From assembly GCA_964016885.1 (NCBI GenBank), contig OZ024746.1, positions 56,172,001 through 56,236,000 of the forward strand: a DNA stretch of 64,000 nucleotides, read 5' to 3'. The notes beneath the pieces are model-generated. The model saw nothing but the letters and a program-made list of their open reading frames with translations, had not been told where the DNA came from and made no database searches. The translations under genes were made by a program, and so were the position numbers. Positions 26,273 through 41,200 of this stretch are shown here, piece by piece. How positions within the stretch are numbered: the stretch's first letter is position 1; every line of letters begins with the position of its first letter. Source of the DNA: Eledone cirrhosa (taxonomy: Eukaryota).

Positions 26273-28232
26273 ATGGCTACTTCACCTCTGCACGAAGCAG
26301 CTGAAAGCCTTCCTCACAAAATAACACCTCACACCGACACCACCATTGTAAATGTTACTACGTTTGCTAACACAAAAAAAAATATAAGCAGTAGCAATAT
26401 TTTAAATTTGTCTCAGGCAGACATTCATTTCCCGCCATTACCAATGAGTGCAGGTGTTAAAGCCTCCACCACCACCACCACCACCACCGCGACAACAGAA
26501 ACAAAAGAAGAAAAAAATAAATTAACTCGTGATGTCGAAATGAAATCAAGCAAAATGGACTCTTCCCCACCAAAGACGACTGACGTCACCACCACCACAA
26601 CTGAAACTAAAATTAATATTAACGATAGCAACAACAACAACAATGACATTATGACCCCCCCCCCTCAGGTTCGCCAGATTAGCAAAACAATTCCAAGCAT
26701 TTACGGTAACTCAGGAAGATTTAGAAAATGCCAAACAAATGGTAAAGAAAGATGGGTACAGTGTCAGCCTCACCCCCCACCTAATAAAATGGAGCATCGG
26801 CGCCTATGCACCGTGTCGTATAGAACAATAAATGTAAAATTGCGCCGAGTGGAACGGGCATCCGAGTCCCAAATCCAAAAAGCTTTGGGACATGTGTGGG
26901 CAAGAAAAACCCACATCAAACGTGGGCAAAAGTATGGAACCGTGGATGTGTTCTTTGAAACACCAGAGGAGGCTAGAGAACACTCCATGGCCCCATTAAA
27001 AAGTGACGACTTCACACTCGTGCCAAGCTATTGTGGCCAGAGACTTGTAAAGATCAGGGTGACCCACGTTCCACCGGCCATCGAAATTCCCTGGCTAATA
27101 GCGGCTGTCCTCGCCGGCATCGAAGCCAGCACGAAAATAATAGCAATAGCAAAGGAAAAGCAGAAAAACTGGCCCGGATCTGGGATGGAGCTCCTGATCC
27201 AGGAGGACCAAAAAAAGCATTGATGAGATCCCAGAGGTAATAGACCTCACTGACGGCAGCCACCTCACGGTAATTGTCGAGGGCAGAAGACCTAGGTGTG
27301 TCGTTTGTGGTGAAGGAACCCACCTAAGGGCTTTCTGCCCTCAGGTTAAAAGGTTGAGGCCACCTCTCCTACCCACCCCAGTGACACAACCATCAACACC
27401 ACAAGTAGCAGAGATGGCAGCAACAACTGTAGCAGCAACAACAGAAGCAACTATAACAGCAACAACCCCAGCAACAGTAGCAAAACCAACACCACTACCA
27501 CCACCAGCAAAACCAACACCACCATCACCCAACGCTTCAGAACTAGCACCAGCGCCTACACCATCCACCACACCACAACCAAAACTAACGGCTGTGGAGG
27601 ATTTTCCACTCCCCGGCCTATCACAACTGGAGACAGATTGTGACGACGAGGAGTGGGAAACGATATCCGGAGAAAAAAAAGAAACCAAAAAAGAACAAAT
27701 TCTCTTCCTTCCCCCTCCAAAAACAAAATACAGAGGGAAACAAATAAATTAAGAAACAAAAAAGTTAGGACAGATATGCCACCATCCACACCAGCATCAC
27801 CAACCCCATCAGCCCAAACACCAACACCATCACCATCATTAACCCCAGCACCACCATCACCTACACCACAAAAGTCACCAAAATGCGAAACAGAAACAAA
27901 CCCACAACAAACGCAAACAAAACAAAACAACCAGAACGATACACACTACACAGCATTACATTTGAACAACAAGCAATTATTACACTACATCCAACAGAAC
28001 ACCAGCATCACAGAAAAAGACTACACAACAACCCCAAAATTCACACCACCTCCACACATACAAATCACTCGCATCACATAGAAAACGTACATGACACTAA
28101 AACAAAAATTCCCCAAAGACATCGGAAACTTCCGACAAGCACTCTCCAGGAGGATTTATAAGAACATCCTTCCTGAGGAGGCCACAAGCAGTGAAAAGGA
28201 TGGAAAAACCGTCCTTCCCCTACGAGAAGTAA
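26273..28232 (+). pseudogene. Tx1-like ORF1, frameshifted
   Basis: ORF pieces 26273-27223, 27354-27752 and 27653-28081; RCVVCGEGTHLRAFC knuckle; Pro/Thr-rich C-terminal half. Confidence 0.85.
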
Positions 28233-28271
28233 GGTAAGTGGTCTTTCCCATCTTTTCCACTCCTTTTCAAC

Positions 28272-31200
28272 ATGACCTCACTCAGAATAGGCAGCATAAA
28301 TGAGCGTGGCTTGGGGTCGTCATGGAAGCAGGGCCACCTGCTCAACGACCTCGGGTCACTAAACATAGATGTAGTGGCCGTCAGCGAGACCAGAATCTCC
28401 GAAGCACAGGCTTTCGCACCGATCTTCGGCGGCTACGATGTGTACGCCTCTCCCAGCCGTCCGGGATCGGGGGGAGGAGTTGCTGTGCTTTTTCGGAGAG
28501 GTTTGGATCTTGCCATACGGCCATCTTCCTGGACCCAGAAGGTAAGTTGGTGGTGCTGGACGTGACCAGCGGAGACGGGCAAGCTTTCAGGTTAGTGGCC
28601 GTCTATGCCCCGACAGGAGCAGGGCGGCCTGATTTCTTCCGGCGTCTGGAGACCTTTCTTGGAACGTCCCGCTCTTTAGTGTTAGTGGGCGAATGGAACG
28701 GGATCTTAGATACACGCTGGGATTGTGTGGGATTAGTGGATAGGGAAGGAGGGTGCAAGAGTCTCACCAACCTGCTCAGACGTTTTGAACTGTCTGACAG
28801 GTACCAAATGGATTTCCCGAATGTACCAATGTGGACTTGGACAAATCGCATAGTGTCATCCAGATCATATCTAGATAGAGTATTTTGTAGGGAAATAGAT
28901 AGGTCTAGCATAGGCTGTCCACAATTCAAGATAGTCAGCTACACGGACCACAAATTCGTGATCTGTGTGCTTGACTTAGACAGGCTTCATAGACAAGGAC
29001 CCGGCTACTGGAAGCTAAACGTGTCCTTACCAGCGCGCAAGGCCTACAGAGACCGGATTAGCGAACTAGCTAAGCGGGCGTTGACGGGGTCCATCTTCGA
29101 CAACAAGTGGTGGTTTGCTCTGAAAAGAGCAATTAGAATAGAGTCCATTAGGTTTAGTAAGACTTTAGCAATAGAGAAAAATAGAGCAGAGGGAGAATTA
29201 GTTAGAAAATTAGATGAGGCGCTTAGCAAAGGCATCGCGACCGACGTACTTGCGGCGAAATTGGCCCTTGACCAATACTTCAATGCAAAGCACGAAGGCT
29301 GCGTTGTCAGAGCTAGGGTGCGTGCTCTCAGACACGAGGGGACGAAAGCCGTTCAATGGGCCCGAGTGGCGGAGGCGCGTCGTGGCAACAAAGCCACGAT
29401 CCGGTCTTTGGTGGACCACGACGGGCGCATGCTACTCGATCCCGGGCAAATGTGTGAAGCTTTTCAGCGACACTTCGCTCAACTGTTCGGGGGCAGCGGC
29501 GGGCCGGATCGAGGGATGGACTTTAGTGTCTACCTCGACGGACTGCCGCGGCTTTCGGCCACTGAGGCGGAGTGTTGCGAAAAGCCGATAACAACCGCTG
29601 AAGTACCGGATGCAATGACTAGTTGCACAAGGGGTAAATCGCCTGGTTTGGATGGTCTGCCCTATGAACTTTACGTACAAATGCCGAACTTGTTCGGAGG
29701 CCTCTTGGCGGACGTCTACTGCAACTGGCAACATAACGGGAGAATTCCCAGCTCTATGAGCCGAGGAGCGGTGGCGCTGCTGAGAAAGGATCCGAACAAG
29801 GGGGATAACATAGATAATTTTAGGCCCATAACTCTGCTAAACACAGAGTTCAAGATTTTGGCCAAGGTGCTAGGAAAGAGGTTGGCGCTTGTCGTTGGTG
29901 GTCTGGTGGGAGAGGCACAGACATGCGCCATTCCCGACAGATCCATCCACGACAACCTCCACCTCATGCGATACATCGTAGAGAGGGTAGCTAGGGAACC
30001 TGGCACGGGTGGGTCTTTGATCAATTTAGATCAGTCGAAATCCTTCGATAGGGTCGACCATCGTTACCTAGCGGCAGTCCTGAGGGCGGCTGGCTTTGGG
30101 CCCGTCTTCTGAGGCTGGATCGCTGCCATGCACAGCGACATCTGCTCTGTAGTGATAGTGAACAGTCACCTTTCGGAACCGTTCAACATCATGCGTTCGG
30201 TCCGCCAAGGATGTCCCCTCTCGTCCCTATTGTACGTATTGACTCTCGAGCCATTACTGCACAAACTGGAGTCGTTGAGGGGCGTCCCGCGCGAACTAGG
30301 ATGCGGAAGATCCGTGTCAGCATATGCCGACGATGTCACCGTAGTGGTGTCGAACGCCAAGCACATCGAGGCGATCGGCACTACACTAAGAGAATACGAA
30401 GCGGTGACAGGAGAAATGATCAACCAGGAAAAGTCAGTGGGCCTGCAGCTCGGCACATGGAGAGGCAGGTCCATGCCGTCCAACAGCGTCATCGGGCGCT
30501 GGACGGACGGACCGGTTAAATTGCTAGGGGTCTGGTTCGGTCCAGACCTACAGACGGACAAAAACTGGGACGAGGTGACCAGCAGGGTGACTTCTCTCAC
30601 CCAGAAATGGGCCGAGAGGAAGCTATCCCTGAAAGGTCGAGCGGAGGTGGCGAATGCGTACATCGCATCCGTCATCTCCTACCGCCTGACCGTCTTACCT
30701 GTCCTAAGCCCCGCCTGACTGCACTGGAGCGTTTGCTCTTTCGCTTCTTGTGGAAGGGACGCGCTCCGATGGTCAGGCGGTCCATCTGCTGTCAACACCC
30801 GGTACGTGGAGGGCTGGGCATGCCGTGGCTGATGATGCGCAGTCACGCGCTCAGGCTACGACATCTCCACCGCTTCCTCGACGGTGATCAGGTGTGGTCG
30901 ACGTACTTGGAGAAACTCTAGGCGTCGACGAAAATCAACTAGCCAATCTCTTCGGAAGGACTTTCGGGCCGGGGCCTATGGACAACTTCCAGAAATCCCT
31001 GGCCTGGCAGTGCTACCGAGGAGCTTTGCCAGTTCGGGATAAACTCTACAGGTATGGAGGTGCCGTCTGCCTGGCATGTCCGAGATGCGCGCAGGGCGAC
31101 GAAACCGTCCTGCACGCACTCGTCCAGTGTCCGAGCATTGCTGACTTGTGGGTTTATGTCGAACACCTGCTGTCACGTGTAGGACGGATCCAGCTATCAG

Positions 31201-31506
31201 CTGAGTCCATCGTGAGGATTGCCCCCCCCCCCCCCCCCGCCCCCTTCCTTTAACCGGGAAGGGCAGGCAGTTTTTATCTGTCTGGTGGCCATGGTGAAAG
31301 AGATAGTATGGTGGACACGTTTGAAAGGGCTGAAGACGAGCACTTTCCTCTTTGGTGATGCCCTGATTAACTTTTTCAAATTTCATTTGAAAAGGAAAAT
31401 CAGGGTAGAGAAGGAAGTGCTCTCTTCCCAGCATTTTGTTGAAAGATGGGTGAGAGAAGCAAGTATGGCCCGAATGAATGGGCCTTCGCTGAGTATATGT
31501 CTGTAA
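28272..31506 (+). pseudogene. Tx1-like ORF2, frameshifted, with ~190-bp deletion near 30900
   Basis: ORF pieces 28272, 28322-30112, 30128-30718, 30894 and 31219; YTDH, YADD. The segment present at about 25000-25195 in copy 1 is missing. Confidence 0.92.
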
Positions 31507-31748
31507 ATTAAAGGTGGAAAACTGGGAGAGGGCACTTGCCCTGGTGGTCAGGGCCACTGTGGTCTTTTAATGGGCTTTCTCCACAAATGTCCCTCGGAAG
31601 TCTCCCCCCTATTGGGGAATTTTTCTTTGTTATTTTATTTCAACCTCCGTTTTTTTACACGCAGAAATGCCCATTTGTACCGTCCTGTATTGTCCTGTAC
31701 TGTCCTTAATGTCTACTTTATGTAAACCCTTGTGGTTAATAAAGAAAA

Positions 31749-31803
<55 letters not shown>

Positions 31804-31893
31804 GTGGTCGATAAAGTAATGTACCAGTAATGCTCTGGGACAATTGCTGGCCTTGCGTCATAGGTAGAAACAATTATTATTATTGTTATTATT
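31804..31893 (+). mobile_element. SINE 3' portion
   Basis: ggtcgataaagtaatgtaccagtaatgc...aattgctggccttg...gtagaaacaattatt. Confidence 0.8.
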
Positions 31894-33587
31894 AGGTTTT
31901 CCATTTCTTTGTTTTGTCTTTATTGCTGTCGTTTTTTTTTTATTCGTTGCCCCTATCAAATTGGAGATCAACGGAGTGAGGATGTTATATTGTATGAGAA
32001 GGAAATGATGGGATGATTTTGATAATGCATCTGGGATAGGTATATAAGGCACAAAATATAATTTACTCCCTGATCCAATTTCAAATTAGATATATATATA
32101 GTCTCGCCTATACTCTACTATGTAAAATAGTTATTTTAAGTACTCTTAACACTTCATGGAATCGCTAGGTCAGCGACGTGATTCAGCGCTTGTCTTGGGC
32201 TATTTTGAGCGGGCGAATTCCATCTGCCTCCAGGGAATTGAAACTGGAGACAGAGAGAAAATGATAAGACCTAATCTATCACTGGAATTTGAATTTATTT
32301 ATCAATCTCAAAAGGATGAAAAGCTAAGTTGAGCTGTGTTTGAGTTTGACTCAGTGCGCCGTGAGCCTGAACAAATATTGTGGCATTTTCAATCATTCCA
32401 GCTATCTAAATGTCATTGTTCTATTTATGTACAGGAAAATTAACATGGAAGATTGTGAGTACTCTACAGATAAGTGTACCTTTAACGTAATTCTCAGGCA
32501 GATTTAGCATGGAACAAAATCTTCCAAGGATGGAATTTTGAATTAGAAGTACTCTCCCCTTGAAAGATTTCTCGCTATTTAATGGTTTTAAAATTATGTG
32601 TTGAAACTGAATCGGTTCAAACGATGCGTGTTTTGTTGTTTCAAACAATGGATTAGATTGCTCGTGAAATTTACGTACCAGTGGCTGAGCATTCCACAGA
32701 GAGTAGCACCTTTAAAGTTGTTCACTGAAAGATTCAGTGTCATATTGAATCCGAAGGCTATTTTTTTGGATTACAAGTACAACTCGTTTACAGGTGATTG
32801 GACTGAAACGACATGAAATAAAGTTTCCTCAGTGATGCAACGCGCTGCTGGTAAACGCACTTGCGGACTAACAATCGTGAGATGAACTTACTAGCCATTT
32901 AGCCAGACGCATTCAGCCAACATCAACAGCAAATGGATGACATAATAAACATTTAATGGAATGAATCATCGTCACATCGGAATGTTTCATACCACAACTG
33001 CACTTGATGAGAATTCTCAAGGGAGAGAACTGATTAATAAGTGGACAAATTTAAACATTGGTGCTGCAAGATAGAGGGTGGGAGAGGGTGGTGATGTTGT
33101 TTGTTTTGTTGTAAGGTTGTAATGGTGACTATATTAGTAATCCTATTAGTAGTGGCGCTGGTGGTGATGCTGCTGCTCCTGGTGGTGGTGGTGATGATGG
33201 TAGTATTGGTGATAGTTCTGGTAATCCAGTTGGCTATAGTAATAATGATGGACTTTGTGGTAAGGGTAAGGTTGGAAATATGTGTGTGGTTGGAGTTATA
33301 ATTCGCTTTGTCTACCTCATGGGGAGTATGGGATGTTAGCATATGTGTGTATGGGAAATTAAACGAATCAGAAGCGCTCGATTGAATTTCTGTTGTCATC
33401 AATGCAATCATTGTACAGTGTTATTAAAATACCAGCAATACATCCCATAGGAAGTTTGCAGTTCCATCGGATATTTGTTTTGTTTTTCTTGATTTGTGGC
33501 ACTTATACATATTTTTTTTATATTTTTTTATATATACTGACACACACTCACATACATACACGCACACAGACACAAACACTCTATTTA

Positions 33588-33654
<67 letters not shown>

Positions 33655-33660
33655 TGTATG

Positions 33661-33769
<109 letters not shown>

Positions 33770-34363
33770 ATATTGTATGTATATATTGTATGTTCCCTCG
33801 TAAATGTATATATTCAAATAGTCTAAAAAGAGATTGCGTCATTGTCATAATTATATAACATCACCTAAGCAAATAATTAGTGTTGATGCATTAGGTTAGT
33901 TCTTTTATAATCAATTTTCATTATATTACTGTATTAACGAACTGATCTGAGGGAGTTGCAATGGGATCGTCGTTAATTGTGTTAATTGTGCTAGAAGTAG
34001 TAACGCATTTGAATCGATAGCTCCGGAGTCTTGGTTCCACGATCCAACTCAAAATTTTCTACGAAGTGAAATGAAATGCTTAATTCGCTCGAAAAAAATC
34101 GCGTTAAATACTGTGACACTGTCTCTTTCTGAAATGCAGTTGTTGAGGTAACATTGAACATTTAATCAACAGGAAAATAGATACATTTCTATAGATATTA
34201 AACTTGCTTGTTAAATTGATCAGAATTGAGGTGGCTATCCACAGGAACGAGTTACATTCACTCACCTATCCGTTAAAACGAAGACGTAACAACAATAATA
34301 TATTTTCATGTCAGTAGATGGTGTCAGTATAATTTCAGATTGCATAGACGCCAAAAGAGGTCG

Positions 34364-34621
34364 TCAAAAGTGATGCATGTCGGTTCGCATCTCGAAATTT
34401 GTGAATTTTGTCGACAATTTTAACTTCCTGATGTCCCTCTCCCTGCCATACCTCTCATGCTCCCTCACTACCTCCCTGTCCACCTGGAAACTCTTGTGCC
34501 AACGGAATACCGTCGCCCGTCTCATGAAAGTCAGTCCGTAAGATGCTTTGACCATTTCAGAGTTTTCTGCAAGCTTCCTATTAATTTTAGTATCTTCTTC
34601 ACGAGATATTTTTGTAGTCAT
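34364..34621 (-). pseudogene. Mariner (Tc1/mariner) transposase N-terminal HTH remnant
   Basis: EMVKASYGLTFMRRATVFRWHKSFQVDREVVREHERYGR resembles the mariner HTH consensus (AYG..MSR..VF.W.K.F..GRE.V.D..RSGRP). Confidence 0.65.
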
Positions 34622-34689
34622 ACTGTAGATATTTTACAACACGTTTCTACTTGCATACGCCCCTTGCTCCTTGTGGTTCATGTATAATA

Positions 34690-36400
34690 TTTCTATATCT
34701 AATTTGGGAGATATCTCTCTGTTGATTGGAATGGCCTCAGGTTTTATTTTTCCATCCTTTGTGTGTATCTCCAGAACTGTTTGTCATGACTTTCTGGATA
34801 AATGTTTTTATTTTTGGTGCTACTTTATTAGTGTCTCGTCTGCTTAGTATTCATTTGTGGGAAACATTGTCAAACGCGCTTTGGAAGTGGATCCATGCAA
34901 TGCTGTGTTTTATTTTTTTTTTTCTGCAGCTTTCGGTAATAAGTTTATTGATTATCCTCTGGTATTTACAGCATTCATTCTGTTCTGCGAAACTATTCCT
35001 TTTAAAGTGTTATATATAGTAGGCAGGCATGTTATTGGCCTGTAGGTTTTGTGGTTTGCTGTGTCATTATTCTTGGGGATCAGGGTCGTTTTCCACTTAA
35101 TAAGCCGATCAGGTGATTTTTTTGTAGCTATATAAGCATCTCGTTACACCATGTAACCCTCCTAAATATTTCTACACAAAGTGTGGATCTTGTCATGACC
35201 CAGTGCTTTCTAGTTACTTGCGTTTTCTTCATTGACAAAATCTTCTCACAGTCGTTCAATTGCTGTATTCGTTGTTCTTGCTAGTTCTGTGCGTGGTAAT
35301 TTCTCTTTTCCTTTAGTTCATAATCTTCTCCAGAACACTTCCACTCGTTATTATATTTACTTCTATAATCTTCCTATTAGGTTCCTGGTAGAGGCGTTTT
35401 CAATTGGTGTGAAATAGCTGGTTTTGTTAAAAAAATGTTTGACTATTTTAATATGAATGGATTGTTTGTACCTTTCAAAGTAATTGTTTTAGATATTCCT
35501 TAGTCTTCGTGATTTCTTTTTTGTTATTTTATATTTCTTTAGTATTTTGTTGTTTTATTTATATAATTTATAATTCAGAGGTGTTTTCTTTAATTCCCTA
35601 TCTTCCTTTGATTTTAATTTCCTTGTTTGTATGTGTTTTGTTATTCTTGCTTGTGTACATTTGAGGTAGTATTCATTTTCGTTTGTAACCGCAGCGGCTG
35701 CTACCTACATTATTTCGCCTTGTAATACCAATGTTTTTATTCGTGCTATGACGGCTAGATAAGTGTTTTCCATAATTGTTGTTATTTTATTATAATTTGT
35801 TTTCTTTGTGAGGTATATTATTTGCTCCATAGTAAAATCGTATATTGTTTATAGGTCTTGGATTATTTCCAGATTTATCCTATTGTGGTCTTCAGTTTTG
35901 TCTTTTGGGTTTCTTTATCCTACATCTTTCTCATCATGTTTGTCTTTATTTGTATATATGTTGTCCTTAATCGATGTTTCTTGGTTAGAACTCAGTATGT
36001 CTTTTACGATTGGGATTTGTTGCGTTTATTTTAAGTTTCTATTTTGGATATGTTGGTTTTTACTTCATGTTTAAATTTCTCATTAGGATAATGTTTGATA
36101 TTTGTGATTTTCCTGTGTATTTTATTTTTAATTGCTCTATTCTCTTAACTGATATTGTTTTTTTTAAATATATATAACCTTTAAGTTGATAGTTTGTTGG
36201 GATCGAAATTTAAATTATAGTCTGGGTTGTTTCAATTTGGGGGCCAGATTTTATGGGTGTGTTGTGTTTTCAAATTGTTGCCGTGAAATATGCCTGTAAA
36301 ATCAAAGCATATTGCTTAATTATCCATTTGTGTCTTTTTGATTGTATATGCGGCACTTGAGGGTTAAATTCCGGCCCATCATTTAGAATATTCTAACTTT
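34690..36400 (-). pseudogene. Ancient R4/Dong-like LINE RT remnant
   Basis: Manual minus-strand reading gives N*KALGHDKIH, DTANHKTYRPITCLPTIY and WIHFQSAFDNVSHK*I; the sense strand is strongly A-rich. Boundaries approximate. Confidence 0.65.
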
Positions 36401-36841
36401 TACTAGGGTTTGGTGATCTAAATTTGTACAAACATCCGCACATCGATTGTTTCTTTAGTAAATATCTTTCTGTTTATAATATGAACATTTGTAAGAAAAT
36501 GGAATGTTTTATGTTACTTAAATACATAGGATTACTATTTTTGTTTCTCTGTAAGATTCCTTCTTTTCGTTTTGCTTTTAGTGTCTCTGCACTGTGCTAT
36601 GGCTGCTTTCAACTTGTAGCATTTTTCGTAAGTGGTTTCAATATAAACAAGGAAATATATATGATAGTGACGACTATACCTACATAAACCATAGGGTTGG
36701 TAGGGCTCTTTTGTTCTTATCTAACATATCCATTTACATTTTCTACCTATATTTACGATTGTTTCGACGATGTTGCCCAATATATTTCTAGCCTTGCGGG
36801 GAGCATACTAATGGGCGTAGATGATGTAACTATTATGACTG

Positions 36842-37065
36842 CTGCGGTTGATGAGTAGTGTCGGAAGATCGCAGTACGACATACTTTGCAGTATAGAGTT
36901 ACGACCCTATGATTTCTGAGTTCAAATCCGGCCGAGACCAAGTTTGCCTTTCATCATCACGGGGTCGATAATATAAAGCACCAGTAATGCACAGAAGTCG
37001 GTTTAATCGACTATCCCCTCCCCGCGAAATTTCTTTGCATTGTCCCTAAATCAGAAACCATTATC
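36842..37065 (+). mobile_element. tRNA-derived SINE
   Basis: ttctgagttcaaatccggccgag...tttgcctttcatcatcacggggtcgataa core. Confidence 0.8.
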
Positions 37066-37508
37066 ATTGCTGTTGTTGTTGTTGTTGTTGTTGTTATATT
37101 TAAATCAACGTGTGTTTTGAATTGATGAACGGAATTTGATATATTCTTGTGAATCTTACGAGGTTCAGTGATCTATTCTGTACTATAGAAAAATAGTCTA
37201 AATAATAAGGCAACTAAGCCAACTTGATAGAAGTTGCTTCAAATGTAGGAGCTTAAATACTCTGTTATGTAGCCCAATTTTCAATAGTCAAACCTTTCAT
37301 AGTCACATCAAAATTATTCGTAATACATTCATATATATATATAAATGTACGTATTGTATTTTAAAAAATATACTGTATGTTTATTTAACACTTTAGCATT
37401 AGCATTACTTAATATATTCTATGTTTCTGTATATATTCTATATATGTATTTGTCTGCCTGTGTCTGTTCGCGTGTGTTGCGCGCGCTCACACACACACGC
37501 ACACACAA

Positions 37509-37551
<43 letters not shown>

Positions 37552-37552
37552 G

Positions 37553-37701
<149 letters not shown>

Positions 37702-37928
37702 CATATAGATATAGATAAACATATATAATGAGACCAATATTTTCAACAGAAACAGAGAGCAACAGAAACACAAACCCGCCATGTCAATTTTCCTTTTGAA
37801 AAGCTTAAGAACTGTGAAACCGGTAAAATAAATAAATATTCTTAAAAGACTCCAGCTGCATTTTCAATTTCTTTCCTTATATATCTCTCTCTCTCTATAT
37901 ATATATACATAAATATAACAATAATAAC

Positions 37929-37965
<37 letters not shown>

Positions 37966-38208
37966 TTTTCTTTATTAACCACAAGAGTTTACATAAAGTA
38001 GACATTAAGGACAGTACAGGACAATACAGGACGGTACAAATGGGCATTTCTGCGTGTAAAAATAAACAGAGGATGAAATAAATTAACAAAGAAAAATTCT
38101 CCAATAGGGGGGAGACTTCCGAGGGACATTTGTGGAGAAAGCCCATTAAAAGACCACAGTGGCCCTGACCACCAGGGCAAGTGCCCTCTCCCAGTTTTCC
38201 ACCTTTAA

Positions 38209-41200
38209 TTTACAGAAGCATACTCAGAGAAAGCCCATTCATCCGGGCCATACTTCTCTCACCCATCTTTCAACAAAATGCTGGGAAGAGAGCACTTCCC
38301 TCTCTACCCTGATTTTCCTTTTCAGATGAAATTTGGAAAAGTTAATCAGGGCATCACCGAAGAGGTAAGTGCTCGTCTTCAGCCCTTTCAAACGTGTCCA
38401 CCATACTATCTCTTTCGCCATGGCCACCAGACTGATAAGAACTGCCTGCCCTTCCCGGCTAAAGGAAGAGGGCGGGGCAATCCTCACGATGGACTCAGCT
38501 GCTAGCTGGATCCGTCCTACACGTGACAGCAGGTGTTCGACATAAACCCACAAGTCAGCAATGCTCGGACACTGGACGAGTGCGTGCAGGACGGTTTCGT
38601 AGCCCCGTGCGCATCTCGGACATGCCCGGCTGACGGCACCTCCATGCCTGTAAAGATTATCCCGAACTGGCAAAGCACCACGGTAGCACTGCCAGGCCAG
38701 GGATTTCTGGAAGTTGTCCATAGGCCCCGGCCCGAAAGTCCTTCCGAAGAGATTGGCTAGTTGATTTTCGTCGACGCCTAGAGTTTCTCCAAGTACGTCG
38801 TCGCTCTTCCCCTCCACTAATCCTCTATAGAACGCCAGGGTGGAGTTTCCACCGATCGCATTGCCCGATTGGTCGAGAAATGTGAGCGCCTGAAGACATT
38901 CCAGTCTCCAAGCGCTCCCTCTCGGTCTTCGCTTGACCCAGGACTGCAGCTCCGTCAAGGAGACGAGCTGGGGAAAAACGTGTCTAGCAAACGGCGACCA
39001 CACCTGATCACCGTCGAGGAAGAGGTGGAGATGTCGTAGCCTGAGCGCGTGTCTGCGCATCATCAGCCACAGCACGTCCAGCCCTCCACGTAGCGGGTGT
39101 TGACAGCAGATGGACCGCCTGACCATCGGAGCGCGTCCCTTCCACAAGAAGCGAAAGAGCAAACGCTCCAGCGCAGTCAGGCGGGGCTTAGGACAAGGTA
39201 CGACGGTCAGGCTGTAGTAGATGACGGACGCGATGTACGCGTTAGCCACCTCCGCTCGACCTTTCAGGGATAGCTTCCTTTCGGCCCATTTCTGGGTGAG
39301 AGAAGCCACTCTGCTCGTCAACTCGTCCCAGTTTTTGTCCGTCTGGAGGTCTGTACCGATCCAGACCCCTAGCAATTTAACCGGTCCGTCCGTCCAGCGC
39401 CCGACGACGCTGTTGGACGGCATGGAACTGCCTCTCCAGGTGCCGAGCTGCAGGCCCACTGACTTTTCCTGGTTGATCATTGCTCCTGTCACCGCTTCGT
39501 ATTCTCTTAGTGTAGTGCCGTTCGTCTCGATGTGTTTGGCGTTCGACACCACTACGGTGACATCGTCGGCATATGCTGACACGGATCTTCCGCATCCTAG
39601 TTCACGCGGGACCCCCCTCAACGTCTCCAGTTTGTGCAGTAATGGCTCGAGAGTCAATACCTACAATAGGGACGAGAGGGGGCATCCTTGGCGGACCGAG
39701 CGCATGATGTTGAACGGTTCCGAAAGGTGACCGTTCACTCTCACTACAGAGCAGATGTCGCTGTGCATGGCAGCGATCCTGCCTCTGAAGATGGGCCCAA
39801 AGCCAGCCGCCCTCAGGACTGTCGCTAGGTAACGATGGTCGACCCTATCGAAGGCTTTCGACTGATCTAAATTGTCAAAGACCCACCCGAGCCAGGTTCC
39901 CTAGCTACCCTCTCTACGATGTATCGCATGAGGTGGAGGTTGTCGTGGATGGATCTGTCGGGAATGGCGCATGTATGTGCCTCTCCCACCAGACCACCAA
40001 CGACAAGCGCCAACCTCTTTGCTAGCACCTTGGCCAAAATCTTGAACTCTGTGTTTAGCAGAGTTATGGGCCTAAAATTATCTATCTTATCCCCCTTGTT
40101 CGGATCCTTTCTCAGCAGCGCCACCGCTCCTCGGCTCACAGAGCTGGGAATTCTCCCGTTCTGTTGCCAGTTGCAGTAGACGTCCGCCAAAAAGCCTCCG
40201 AACAAGTCTGGCATTTGTACGTAAAGTTCATAGGGCAGACCATCCAAACCAGGCGATTTACCCCTTGTGCAACTAGTCATTGCATCCCGTACTTCAGCGG
40301 TTGTTATCGGCTTTTCGCAACACTCCGCCCCAGTGGCCGAAAGCCGCGGCAGTCCGTCGAGGTGGACACTAAAGTCCATCCCTCGATCCGGCCCGCCACT
40401 TCCCCCGAACAGTTGAGCGAAGTGTCGCTGAAAAGCTTCACACATTTGCCCGGGATCGAGTAGCATGCGCCCGTCGTAGTCCACCAAAGACCGGATCGTG
40501 GCTTTGTTGCCACGACGCGCCTCCGCCACTCGGGCCCTTTGAACGGCTTTTGTCCCCTCGTGTCTGAGAGCACGCACCCTAGCTCTGACAACGCAGCCTT
40601 CGTGCTTTGCATTGAAGAATTGTTCAAGGGCCAATTTCGCCGCAAGTACGTCGGTCGCGATGCCTTTGCTAGGCGCCTCATCTAATTTTCTAACTAATTC
40701 TCCCTCTGCTCTTTTTTTCTCTATTGCTAAAGTCTTACTAAACCTAATGGACTCTATTCTAATTGCTCTTTTCAGAGCAAACCACCAATTCTTGTTGACG
40801 ATGGCCCCCGTCAATGCCCGCTTAACTAGTTCTCTAATCCGGTCTCTGTAGGCCTTGCGCGCTGGTAAAGACGCGTTTAGCTTCCAGTAGCCGGGTCCTC
40901 GTCTATGAAGCCTATCTAAATCAAGCACACAGATCACGAATTTGTGGTCCGTGTAGCTGACTATCTTGAATTGTGGACAGCCTATGCTAGACCTATCTAT
41001 TTCCCTACAACATACTCATTCTAGATATGATGTGGATGACCCTATGCGATTTGTCCAAGTTCACATTGGTACATTCGGAAAATCCATTCGGTACCTGTCA
41101 GACAGTTCAAAACGTCTGAGCAGGTTGGTGAGACTCTTGCACCCTCCTTCCCTATCCACTAATCACACACAATCCAAGCGTGCATCTAAGACCCCGTTCC

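Larger units (their letters stand above)
26065..31803 (+). mobile_element. Tx1/L1-clade non-LTR retrotransposon copy 2 (full-length 5' end, disrupted)
   Basis: Starts GGCGACCTACGTAGTAAATCG immediately after the tail of copy 1; ends AATAAA...(ATT)n. Confidence 0.92.
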
